Origin: a virus
Direction: 5' to 3' (one strand)
Virus record (IMG/VR): IMGVR_UViG_3300021963_000115
Span: 3,487 to 67,486 of that record
DNA length: 64,000 bases
The position numbers and the translations under genes are program-made. This document shows positions 1 through 8,369 of the stretch, in pieces. How positions within the stretch are numbered: position 1 is the first letter of the stretch; the number at the start of each line of letters is the position of its first letter. The notes beneath the pieces were generated by a model. That model had not been told where the DNA came from. It saw only the letters and a program-made list of their open reading frames with translations, and made no database searches.

Positions 1-139
1 TGTAAGCCTCGGCTTTGGTGTACGGTTCGGTGAGTGTGTTTGCTATACACAATAACGCCTCGTAGTATTCAACACCTTTTAGGGCATGTTGTAGTTTAAA
101 TTCGTCCTCGGGGTATGCGAATTCAAGTAGTGCTTTCAT
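1..139 (-). CDS. hypothetical early protein (partial, runs off window start)
   Basis: ATG at 139 overlapping the end of the 123..314 ORF; open to window edge (MKALLEFAYPEDEFKLQHALKG...). Confidence 0.6.
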   Translation of the reverse strand, partial: MKALLEFAYPEDEFKLQHALKGVEYYEALLCIANTLTEPYTKAEAY

Positions 140-314
140 TGGCTTTCTCGCTTGGTGACACCCAACCAAATCTTCTCCATGTGGCTTGCACATCCGCACC
201 TGTTGTCCACACATAGCGTGGATCGTTAGCGGGTATGGTGGGCTCGGTGCGCTTAGAGTAAGGCACGGTTGTGGGTGGTGTAGTAGGGTACACAAATTTA
301 CGCTGTGTGTTCAT
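123..314 (-). CDS. hypothetical protein
   Basis: ATG at 314 with GAAGGAG SD; coupled to neighbours (MNTQRKFVYP...). Confidence 0.6.
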   Translation of the reverse strand: MNTQRKFVYPTTPPTTVPYSKRTEPTIPANDPRYVWTTGADVQATWRRFGWVSPSEKANESTT

Positions 315-609
315 GCCGATCTCCTTCTTCAATGTAATACAAACGGTCGTGGACTTTGAATCCAACGCCTGTGATTAAGTTACCCTCGGGTGCTATCCGT
401 AGGATAGACACCGCCTCCATGATCCATCGTTCTACATCCTCTTGCGGGATATTTTTTCTTAGCCGATTATTGTTGATACTTGGCATTGTAAAGTCTACAA
501 CATCAAATGTACCATCGTCATTGATAGAAACCCTATAACTATCACCTTTTGTTTCTATCATCTTGATCATTATCTCCATCCATTCATCTCGTACATCTTT
601 GTAGTTCAT
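298..609 (-). CDS. hypothetical protein, C-terminus similar to that of 606..1487
   Basis: ATGA overlap with the upstream stop; shared A(V/I)L.I......GVG(F/Y)KV...Y pattern. Confidence 0.7.
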   Translation of the reverse strand: MNYKDVRDEWMEIMIKMIETKGDSYRVSINDDGTFDVVDFTMPSINNNRLRKNIPQEDVERWIMEAVSILRIAPEGNLITGVGFKVHDRLYYIEEGDRHEHTA

Positions 610-1487
610 ACGAATACCCAATACATATCGTTACTCACTTTGTAGCCTACATCCATGAGGGCAGTCTTACTACCATCATTGATCTGCAACACGGCAATCT
701 TATCCCTAATGTTCTCTGGAACATCTTGTAGGTTGAACACCACATGTGGCTCAGTCTCACCATCGTAGCGGTACTCGATCCTGTCAGTCTTAGACCACAC
801 AAAACATTTGCTTGGCTTGTACTTGTCCATGGTACGCAGTTCTTCACCGCGCTCACGCAGAATCTTGAGGCTCTCACGAAACGCTTGTGTGACTGGCTCG
901 TAACCTGACTGCGCCATGAATTGCAGTTCTTCAAGTATGTAATCTCTACCGATGCGTGAGGCTTCATACAACTTGTTCTGCGCAGGCTCTTTCATACTAG
1001 CTACTGCGCGTTCCAAATGTACTTGGGTTTCGTTTATTACCTCGTTGAATATCTTAGGCTTGAGATACTGAAGCGCGTTCTTTACACCATTGGCAAACTT
1101 CTTGGTTGTCTTGATGCGATACCCATCGCTGTACGATGCGTACTTCTCATTCATGATGCGACTGGACTCCACAACATACTCTATCTCTCCCTTGTCATTC
1201 AACTCAAGACCAATGCGACCGACACGCAGGGTTGGTGACTGTGCGTATGCAACTCCCAAATCCGCAAACACAAGATACTCCAAGCCGTTGTACCGTGCGG
1301 GGCGGTGATCAGTATGCACAACCATGTCAGGGCGTTTGTACTTGATCTCGTTATAAAACTTCAAGAGTGTGCCAGTCACGGGGACATCACCAATCCAAAA
1401 CCCATGGTTATTCTGCTTGGCAGTATCAATAAGCGCAACCAAACGGTCGTAGTCATACTCACCCTTGTACTCGTCTCTGTTAATCAT
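606..1487 (-). CDS. hypothetical early protein (293 aa)
   Basis: long ORF; GGAGG SD before ATG 1487. Confidence 0.8.
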   Translation of the reverse strand: MINRDEYKGEYDYDRLVALIDTAKQNNHGFWIGDVPVTGTLLKFYNEIKYKRPDMVVHTDHRPARYNGLEYLVFADLGVAYAQSPTLRVGRIGLELNDKGEIEYVVESSRIMNEKYASYSDGYRIKTTKKFANGVKNALQYLKPKIFNEVINETQVHLERAVASMKEPAQNKLYEASRIGRDYILEELQFMAQSGYEPVTQAFRESLKILRERGEELRTMDKYKPSKCFVWSKTDRIEYRYDGETEPHVVFNLQDVPENIRDKIAVLQINDGSKTALMDVGYKVSNDMYWVFV

Positions 1488-1489
1488 GA

Positions 1490-1591
1490 TTAAGCCCTCC
1501 AATAAAATAAATCTAACAACACAACAATCAGACCGAGTAAGAACACTACTCGCTCCACCTTATCAATCAATGTCCAATCATTCCAACTCAT
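1490..1591 (-). CDS. small membrane peptide (33 aa)
   Basis: MSWNDWTLIDKVERVVFLLGLIVVLLDLFYWRA; GGAG SD; fills the gap with an ATGA overlap; below ORF-track cutoff. Confidence 0.55.
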   Translation of the reverse strand: MSWNDWTLIDKVERVVFLLGLIVVLLDLFYWRA

Positions 1592-2571
1592 TTGATTCTC
1601 CTTCCATTTGAATAAAACGGTACGCCTACATCTACTGCCACTTGTTTGAATGGCTTTGTCAGTTGATACAGATACGCACCGCGCAACTTATGCTCAAGTT
1701 TTTCACGGTCAGGGTATGTGATCTGAACCGTGTGGTTGCCCCCGTCCCAAGTGTGCTGAAAGTCAGTATGAGTATGGAACAGCGCTTCAACCATGTTCAT
1801 CCACTTCTCACCATACTCCTCACCATCTTGGCGTACTAACCAATTGGCTTGGTCTAACCTTTCACGCATGTCATGCCTAAAAGACCAAGTTGAGACAAGA
1901 TTCTCATCCGTAGTTACAAACGGACTCATGATCTCGTAGTAATCTAAGAACGGCTTAAGTTCTTGTCGTACCTTCTTCGCCTTCTCAGTATCAATCAACA
2001 ACTTGTGTTCAGCCAAGCCACCAATAACTTCAAAGAATCTCTTGCCATTACTTTCGTACGGTACGAATCTCATGTGCTGTCCGTCTTGGAAGTAATACTT
2101 CTTCGTCCCATCAGGTTGGTCTGCAACGATGTACTGTTTAGCACCGAACCTTGCAAAGCCAAGACCCGTAGGCAACAACGCTCCAAGTGTGTGCCATGTG
2201 ACATAGTTGCTCATCCATTGAGGCGTAAACTCAAACCGCCCATCAGGGTACGCCATGAGCAATGGCTTGTACTCTTTGTAGTAACTTGTGACTGTGGTCT
2301 TGCCTGTCTTTGGATCGCGTTGATGTTGTGTAGGGTACACCATGGCAAACGCCATACCGTATCTGTCACCATCTTTATGCCACACCTCAAATGTGCGATG
2401 ACGGTCAGTCAATGGACGATGATCTGTAATGCCATGCTTTACACGCTGACCCATCAACGGCTTAACACTCTCATACTTCTTCTTGGTTGTTTCATAATCA
2501 TCCATGCGTATGTGATACCCACGGTAGAACGCGAGTGAATATGTTTGGGTTGGTTTTGGAATTGCTTTCAT
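1588..2571 (-). CDS. hypothetical early protein (327 aa)
   Basis: long ORF with AAAGGA SD; contains a palindrome copy at 2052. Confidence 0.8.
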   Translation of the reverse strand: MKAIPKPTQTYSLAFYRGYHIRMDDYETTKKKYESVKPLMGQRVKHGITDHRPLTDRHRTFEVWHKDGDRYGMAFAMVYPTQHQRDPKTGKTTVTSYYKEYKPLLMAYPDGRFEFTPQWMSNYVTWHTLGALLPTGLGFARFGAKQYIVADQPDGTKKYYFQDGQHMRFVPYESNGKRFFEVIGGLAEHKLLIDTEKAKKVRQELKPFLDYYEIMSPFVTTDENLVSTWSFRHDMRERLDQANWLVRQDGEEYGEKWMNMVEALFHTHTDFQHTWDGGNHTVQITYPDREKLEHKLRGAYLYQLTKPFKQVAVDVGVPFYSNGRRIK

Positions 2572-2643
2572 GGTTTTCCTTTCTAAAAAATTAAATGGGA
2601 AGGTTTCGTACTGTACGAAACCACCCTCAGAGATACCTGTAAC

Positions 2644-3825
2644 TCAGTCTACATAGATGACTGCGCCAGTAGTAGGCTTGGGCTTGTACCCACCGACAAC
2701 ACACCACAACACGGGGTGCTCCCACTTGCCCCAACTACCAACATAACCATCGGTCAACACTACAACACACTCGGGCTTGATGCCACGATCCTTGATGTAC
2801 ACGGGGATACACGCAGGATCAGTACCACCGCCACCCGCAGGTTTGGTAGAGCTTGTCAACTTATCTTGCCGATCACGGGCATACACCTCATGACCTGCGA
2901 CCTCTGTGTCCCAATACAACAGATCAACAAGTTCAGGTGAGACATTGGCACAGATAGATTGCACCTCGGTCAGAAACTTATTTAAGTCCTCACCACCGAT
3001 AGAGCCTGATGTGTCAATGGCAATACAGATACGACCCATACTCTCGGACACAGTAGAGGGCATGTACATATCGTGCTGTAACCATCTACGGTTAACGCGT
3101 TGCCATGTGGATATATCCTTACCATCTGCAAGCGATGAGATGAAGTCACGCAACTGTTCACGCCAGTCAACCTTGGGTTCGAGCAATGCACCGATCTCAC
3201 GGGACAAGTTACCACCCATCTTGCCTGCATGTATTTGACCCTGACGGATTGCTTGGTTCACTTCCTTGATGTGATCCTCAATCTCTTGCTGTGTCATGTC
3301 GCCTGTGTCCCAATCATGAGAGTCAAAGCCACCCGCACCTTCGTCACCCTCATCACCACCACTACCCCCACCACCTTGCTTGAGGATATTGAACACTTCC
3401 TGTGAGTCCATGCCACGGAACTTCTCATTGAGTAAGCCCATCTTGGGTAATACAACAAACCCATTCGTTGCCTTCTCAATATCTTTGATGATGAGGTTGA
3501 TCACATAGTCACACGCCATGTTTGCACACTTGGCATGTTCCTCATACAGATGCTTCCACAAGAATGTATGCTGAAACAACTTGTGCAGATTCTCATGCAG
3601 GATCACGCCACGCAACTCACCATCGGGCAGAGATTCAACAAACGCTTTGCCGTAGATACAGTCGATGCCATTGGTACAAGCTGTTGGTACATCTTCGTCA
3701 ACCTTGTACTTGCCTACCATGATGATGGATGCGTACTCCATCGTATGCTTGTGTGCCATTAACTCTACATGGGCACGCTCAATGCGCTTAAGCGCAGATA
3801 AAGATTGTGTTGCTGTTACGAACAT
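2644..3825 (-). CDS. HExxH metallopeptidase-like + vWA domain protein (DUF2201-type)
   Basis: PTACTNG, ILHENLH (HExxH), N.A.D..IN, G/D-rich linker, MIDAS DTSGS, GGGGT, VLTDG. Confidence 0.85.
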   Translation of the reverse strand: MFVTATQSLSALKRIERAHVELMAHKHTMEYASIIMVGKYKVDEDVPTACTNGIDCIYGKAFVESLPDGELRGVILHENLHKLFQHTFLWKHLYEEHAKCANMACDYVINLIIKDIEKATNGFVVLPKMGLLNEKFRGMDSQEVFNILKQGGGGSGGDEGDEGAGGFDSHDWDTGDMTQQEIEDHIKEVNQAIRQGQIHAGKMGGNLSREIGALLEPKVDWREQLRDFISSLADGKDISTWQRVNRRWLQHDMYMPSTVSESMGRICIAIDTSGSIGGEDLNKFLTEVQSICANVSPELVDLLYWDTEVAGHEVYARDRQDKLTSSTKPAGGGGTDPACIPVYIKDRGIKPECVVVLTDGYVGSWGKWEHPVLWCVVGGYKPKPTTGAVIYVD

Positions 3826-3894
3826 AATGATTTCCTTTCATGGTTAAAGATGTTGAGGGTTTCGTACTGTACGAAACCCCCCGGGTTACTGCTA

Positions 3895-4974
3895 TTACTT
3901 ACGAGCAAACAAGTAGTTGTTGTCTGCCGCCCACTTAGCGAACTTGGGATTAGTTGCCGCAACTGTACGCTTGGGACACATATCGGACATGACGCTACGA
4001 GCGAACAAGCCTTGTGCTTCCTTAGACATACGGGGTAAGAACTGCATCCAAGCATCCATAGTGTTCTTCTCAATACGCTGTACTGCCTTGGCAATCAACA
4101 TACAACCCGCAGGGGCAGATGATGGGACAGTCGCTGTATCGGGTGACTTGATGAGATCATCCCAGTTAGTGAGCTGTGTGTCCAACTTCACCATCGTCAA
4201 GATGTTGTGCATTGCCTTCTCACCCACAGTACCCTTCAGGGCATGGCACATCACATCATCACCCAAGATCATGGTGCGCTTGATCACATCAGATGCTGTC
4301 TCTAAAGATCGTGGTGTAACAAACGCCATACGAATATCACGGGGGTCATTGATGTATGTATTCTGACGCGGATCTTCGTAGTCCTCAAACGATGCCAACA
4401 TCTCAGGGAACTCTTGCACAGTAGCAATGATGACTGGATGAAAGCCGTTGTTGATGCCGTACTGCATAACTTCTTCAGCACTAGGCTTGGCAACACGAAC
4501 TTGGATCACACGGTTACGGGCATGTGGTGGCACATTGTCACCGATACCCTCGACCGTCAAGTTGGTAGTCGCAAACAAGACACCCTCCAAGTCCCATATA
4601 CCCAATGAACGCTCTTGCATTAGTTTCAAGCAAGCATTGAGTACACCGCCCTTGGCTTTGCCGATCTCGTCAAGCATCATCACAACCTTCTTACCCTTGA
4701 AGTGCAAGCCGAACTCCTCGTTAGGCACAAAGCGACACACCTCATTGCCGTCAATGTCCTTGATCTTCGGAACCATGAAGTCACCAACATCTTTGGTAGT
4801 GATGTCAACATAGCAGAAATAGTGATCCTTAAACTCAGGCTTGTTGCGTAGCATCTTCAGGATAGATGACTTGCCAATACCCATCTCACCCTGTGCCAAC
4901 ACAGTACGCAGGTCACCAACAGCGGCAATTAAGTCAGCGGTTTGGGACAAAGACAAAGATTTATACATAGACAT
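3895..4974 (-). CDS. MoxR-like AAA+ ATPase
   Basis: Walker A GEMGIGKS, Walker B MMLDE, ATTN, ARNR, TPRS; adjacent to the vWA gene. Confidence 0.85.
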   Translation of the reverse strand: MSMYKSLSLSQTADLIAAVGDLRTVLAQGEMGIGKSSILKMLRNKPEFKDHYFCYVDITTKDVGDFMVPKIKDIDGNEVCRFVPNEEFGLHFKGKKVVMMLDEIGKAKGGVLNACLKLMQERSLGIWDLEGVLFATTNLTVEGIGDNVPPHARNRVIQVRVAKPSAEEVMQYGINNGFHPVIIATVQEFPEMLASFEDYEDPRQNTYINDPRDIRMAFVTPRSLETASDVIKRTMILGDDVMCHALKGTVGEKAMHNILTMVKLDTQLTNWDDLIKSPDTATVPSSAPAGCMLIAKAVQRIEKNTMDAWMQFLPRMSKEAQGLFARSVMSDMCPKRTVAATNPKFAKWAADNNYLFARK

Positions 4975-5075
4975 GATTGATTCCTTTCAAAGAATAAAAA
5001 CAACTAACACAAATAACTAACACACAACAACTTACACAATGAGGGTTTCGTACTGTACGAAACCCCCGACCTAAC

Positions 5076-5945
5076 TCAGAACGCAAACTTATCGAGCATG
5101 GCATCGACCTTGTTCTTGGTCTGCTCACGCAACATATCCGATTCACGCAATGACTGTGCATCTACATGACGCATGGTGTCCTCCAACTCCATACGCATGG
5201 CTTCCAACTTCAGATCACCGCTGATGTTGAAGTGCTTGAGTAACTGACACAACTCAACAGCGTTATCGACAAGCGAGTCACGGAAAATCTTGCGCTTGCC
5301 CTCATCTGTATCTGCAAGACGCTCAGACATGGCAGTCAACACACCATGCAGTCTGTCCCACGCATCACGCATTGCATCATTGAGCCGTGATGACAACACA
5401 CCCTCGTAATGTGTCTGCATCTCACGCAAGCCTTCCTCACCAATATCTACACGGAAGTCACCCGCCATTGGCAATGGTGTAAACGCATAGCGAAAGCCGA
5501 ACTTACTGATGATCTGATCACGGTGCGGATAGTCCTCACGATTGAATAGATCACCCAGTTGGAAAGCCGCGGCGGCAACAAGCGTGTCGTACTCATTGAG
5601 AAAGTTGTTGACAGATGTTGCGAACTGAGTCTCGAACTCGGACAGTCTTGACTTGTAGTCAATGAACGATGCCATGTTCAGCACACGATCACCGTTGTCA
5701 CCCCATGGCTGTGTGACTGTGTAGTGCCATGTACGAATCGCGCTTGCAACCTTGTTGATCTCCTCCAACTTGCCCGAGCCTGCCAACAGATTCTTGTTGT
5801 AGTTGCCCGCCCGAGTCTTGGTTGACTTGGCTTGGTCAACTTCTTCAGACACACGCTTGTCCAACTTGCGCCCTGTCCATACAGACATAGACAGATTGAC
5901 GATCAGGGCAGAGCCTGACAACTTAGATACATTTACTTGTTCCAT
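5076..5945 (-). CDS. DUF3150-like coiled-coil protein
   Basis: W.GRKLD, T.PW, LGDLF...DYP and C-terminal IFRDSLV..LKHFNI pattern of proteins found beside phage AAA/vWA pairs. Confidence 0.65.
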   Translation of the reverse strand: MEQVNVSKLSGSALIVNLSMSVWTGRKLDKRVSEEVDQAKSTKTRAGNYNKNLLAGSGKLEEINKVASAIRTWHYTVTQPWGDNGDRVLNMASFIDYKSRLSEFETQFATSVNNFLNEYDTLVAAAAFQLGDLFNREDYPHRDQIISKFGFRYAFTPLPMAGDFRVDIGEEGLREMQTHYEGVLSSRLNDAMRDAWDRLHGVLTAMSERLADTDEGKRKIFRDSLVDNAVELCQLLKHFNISGDLKLEAMRMELEDTMRHVDAQSLRESDMLREQTKNKVDAMLDKFAF

Positions 5946-6039
5946 GATATTTCCCTTTCATATTTCATTACATTTCAATATGCTTTCGTACTGTACGAAA
6001 CTATATCTACTTACACACAATACTACCTAACCAACCCAT

Positions 6040-6068
6040 ATTATAACAGATTGATACAACCATGTCAA
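6040..6068 (-). promoter_or_regulatory. consensus sigma70 promoter
   Basis: TTGACA (6068-6063), 17-nt spacer, TATAAT (6045-6040). Confidence 0.85.
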
Positions 6069-6072
6069 CCTA

Positions 6073-6255
6073 TTACTTGTTAGCAATATGTTGCTTATAG
6101 TCTTTGATCAAACGCTCACGATCCTCATCATCTTCAAGAAAATGCTGAACGAATCGTTTTGCCATGTGCAACTCCCGCTTGGCGTCGATCAAGAAACCTG
6201 TAACCACAATCGCCCATGCCAATAGCACGAACTCTGTTGCTGTAAATTCAATCAT
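6073..6255 (-). CDS. small membrane protein
   Basis: GGAGG SD; MIEFTATEFVLLAWAIVVTGFLI TM helix. Confidence 0.65.
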   Translation of the reverse strand: MIEFTATEFVLLAWAIVVTGFLIDAKRELHMAKRFVQHFLEDDEDRERLIKDYKQHIANK

Positions 6256-6376
6256 GCTTACCTCCATTAAAGATGTTGCGTAATACCCACCGAGCATCAA
6301 TGCGACTGGCAAACCATTTGCTCAATCGTTGGCACTCGTACCCTTCACACTCATCCTGCAATAACCCGTACGTCAT
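6248..6376 (-). CDS. hypothetical protein (42 aa)
   Basis: GGAGG SD; MTYGLLQDECEGYECQRLSKWFASRIDARW...; fills the gap. Confidence 0.5.
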   Translation of the reverse strand: MTYGLLQDECEGYECQRLSKWFASRIDARWVLRNIFNGGKHD

Positions 6377-6593
6377 TCTTTTCCTCCTGTTCTGTCCATT
6401 CCATAAAAGCTAACAACTCTTCAAAGTTGTAGCAGAACCTACCCTTCATGTCGTAGAACCGCCATGTGTCACAGTTCGCACACCCTGCTTCGTACGAACG
6501 GCATCGCTTGGATTGACTGGCACGCAGAAACTTAAAGCCATGCTCAACCACATACTTAGACTTGGCACGCTTGCGTATGTCTCTCACTTTCAT
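6351..6593 (-). CDS. hypothetical Cys-containing protein
   Basis: AAGGAG SD; MKVRDIRK...C..Y..GC.NC.TW. Confidence 0.6.
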   Translation of the reverse strand: MKVRDIRKRAKSKYVVEHGFKFLRASQSKRCRSYEAGCANCDTWRFYDMKGRFCYNFEELLAFMEWTEQEEKNDVRVIAG

Positions 6594-6772
6594 TTGATTT
6601 CTCCTTCTTCCAAATACAGCGCTGTGTCGTGCCAAAGTTGTGTGTCCTCGGGTGTCCCATTTATCTCAGCGATAAATGCCTTAGCCTTCGCTTCATCCGT
6701 AAACACAGCACCGTGTGGGTGTCCTTCGTAGTACGGGTCGTCACACGGACGGCAAATAATCCAACATTTCAT
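6590..6772 (-). CDS. hypothetical protein
   Basis: AAGGAG SD, coupled stop/start. Confidence 0.6.
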   Translation of the reverse strand: MKCWIICRPCDDPYYEGHPHGAVFTDEAKAKAFIAEINGTPEDTQLWHDTALYLEEGEIK

Positions 6773-7005
6773 ATATCACTCCTTAAATTCTTTTGGTTTG
6801 TTTGTGTCAGGGTACGCTTTGCCGCATCAGATGTGACGAACATATACCCGCCCTTGCCATACTCTTGCACCACCGTCCACGACTTGCGCTCTATTCGTGC
6901 GGCTTCCTCACCGCAGAACAAGCACAACTTGTAGCCTCGTTGCCACCGTTCAATGTGTATGTCATCACCACACTCACGGCACTCTCTCCAATCAGAATGG
7001 AACAT
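6769..7005 (-). CDS. C4 zinc-finger protein (DksA/TraR-type finger)
   Basis: CRECGDDIHIERW..GY.LCLFC; GAGGAG SD. Confidence 0.65.
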   Translation of the reverse strand: MFHSDWRECRECGDDIHIERWQRGYKLCLFCGEEAARIERKSWTVVQEYGKGGYMFVTSDAAKRTLTQTNQKNLRSDI

Positions 7006-7363
7006 CTTGCATCTCCTCATTAACTTTCGTACTGTACGAAATCAAACCAACCGATCCATACATCTGCACAGTCTGCATATCCTCCAAGCACAATGGTATG
7101 GTTGGTACGCATGGATGTAACTGCGTCTTGTGCTTAGATGTTGTACGGCTGTACTTGGTGCTGTTCTCGTACCATGTGTCCGACAATGGCTCGTACACAA
7201 ACAATGGGAAGTTGTAGCGATACGAATACACCACATACCGTTTCACAATATCTGCGCCCACGCCCTGTTCGTACCACTCACTCCAAATGTTCGAACCCTT
7301 GAACACTTCTAACTTGCGCACATACTCCCGTGCTTTGCCATTGGCAATGTACTTTGCACTCAT
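6992..7363 (-). CDS. hypothetical protein (alternative start 7420)
   Basis: AAAGGAG SD; YVVYSY...PL.....W.....YS.TTSKH. Confidence 0.7.
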   Translation of the reverse strand: MSAKYIANGKAREYVRKLEVFKGSNIWSEWYEQGVGADIVKRYVVYSYRYNFPLFVYEPLSDTWYENSTKYSRTTSKHKTQLHPCVPTIPLCLEDMQTVQMYGSVGLISYSTKVNEEMQDVPF

Positions 7364-7422
7364 GTAATCTCCTTTTCTAAAACTTGTTACTACAAATAAT
7401 CTCTGCCCTGATTCGCTCATAC

Positions 7423-7653
7423 TTATTTACTTTCGTACGGTACGAAACGATTTGCTTCCCACGATGCCACATTACGTTCCCGCAAGTGGTGCTTGTACAA
7501 CTCACTACTAACCTTAGTGAATTCATCATGCCCATACTTGCGCATCATTGCCGTTACACAATCCACGGCAAACCGTGAATTAAAAAACGCCACCCTGTCA
7601 TACACCATCAGGGCGGCAATGAAGTCCGTCAACTCGTAATCTGATTTAGTCAT
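7423..7653 (-). CDS. hypothetical protein
   Basis: coupled ORF with AAAGGA SD. Confidence 0.6.
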   Translation of the reverse strand: MTKSDYELTDFIAALMVYDRVAFFNSRFAVDCVTAMMRKYGHDEFTKVSSELYKHHLRERNVASWEANRFVPYESK

Positions 7654-7913
7654 TTGATTAGTCCTTTCTCATACATTTGTTTAAGCATTGATGAATGGAT
7701 AACTGAGTACCCTAACTTCGCACCTTGCTCGTTCATCCAATGGGCTTCACCCTCCACCGACAGATCAAACTCCCCTTCTCTGTAACAGCAATGGGTTACT
7801 GCGGTTGTGTATGTCATGCCTGAGTCAAACCAAAATCCATCAGGTGCAACGCACCCATAGAAGTTGTCGGTCGAGTGCATCCGATTAAATTCTTTCCATG
7901 TTTTCATTTCCAT
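7650..7913 (-). CDS. hypothetical protein
   Basis: coupled ORF with AAGGTG SD. Confidence 0.6.
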   Translation of the reverse strand: MEMKTWKEFNRMHSTDNFYGCVAPDGFWFDSGMTYTTAVTHCCYREGEFDLSVEGEAHWMNEQGAKLGYSVIHSSMLKQMYEKGLIK

Positions 7914-8086
7914 TCACCTTTCATTAACTTCTGTTCGTCACGTCTAGCAACTTTCAACGCTTTCGTACGGTACGAATCTGTCTTGACATTATTCTGTCGG
8001 TCAGAAGTTGTATCCGTAACAAAGCCACACCACAACATCTTGTCACGATGTTTGTTATTGATTAGCTTGCGCTCCAGTTTGTTCAT
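7904..8086 (-). CDS. hypothetical protein
   Basis: GAAAGGA SD. Confidence 0.55.
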   Translation of the reverse strand: MNKLERKLINNKHRDKMLWCGFVTDTTSDRQNNVKTDSYRTKALKVARRDEQKLMKGEWK

Positions 8087-8098
8087 GATGAAGTCCTT

Positions 8099-8353
8099 TC
8101 AGGTTGTAAATTCGTACACGATGCCCACATCAGCGGTATTTACAGAAAACCGCTTTGCTTGCTTAACTTCGTTGGCGATGCGCTCAAGATAGTCTGGGTA
8201 CTTTTTGCGTTCGTATTCACCCAAACTCACATCATTGGCAATGATGCGCTCACATTCAGCATCGGTGTATGCAATAACAAGTTGCACACCACCATACTCA
8301 GACGATGGAAAGGGTTTCCAATAGTCCACGATGTAAAGGGTCGGAGTTTTCAT
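8099..8353 (-). CDS. hypothetical protein, first ORF of the early operon
   Basis: GAAAGGACTTCATC-ATG; MKTPTLYIVDYWKPFPSSEYGG. Confidence 0.7.
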   Translation of the reverse strand: MKTPTLYIVDYWKPFPSSEYGGVQLVIAYTDAECERIIANDVSLGEYERKKYPDYLERIANEVKQAKRFSVNTADVGIVYEFTT

Positions 8354-8369
8354 GATGAAGTCCTTTCGG

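Noticed and set aside
2604-5065. Palindromes as intrinsic terminators or N4-type virion RNAP hairpin promoters
   Set aside because: No U-tails follow them, the centre base is free, and no RNA polymerase motifs were recognised in the 2021-aa protein.
6489-6498. TTCGTACGAA and other half-sites (e.g. near 59684)
   Set aside because: Short partial matches are expected by chance; not counted as copies.
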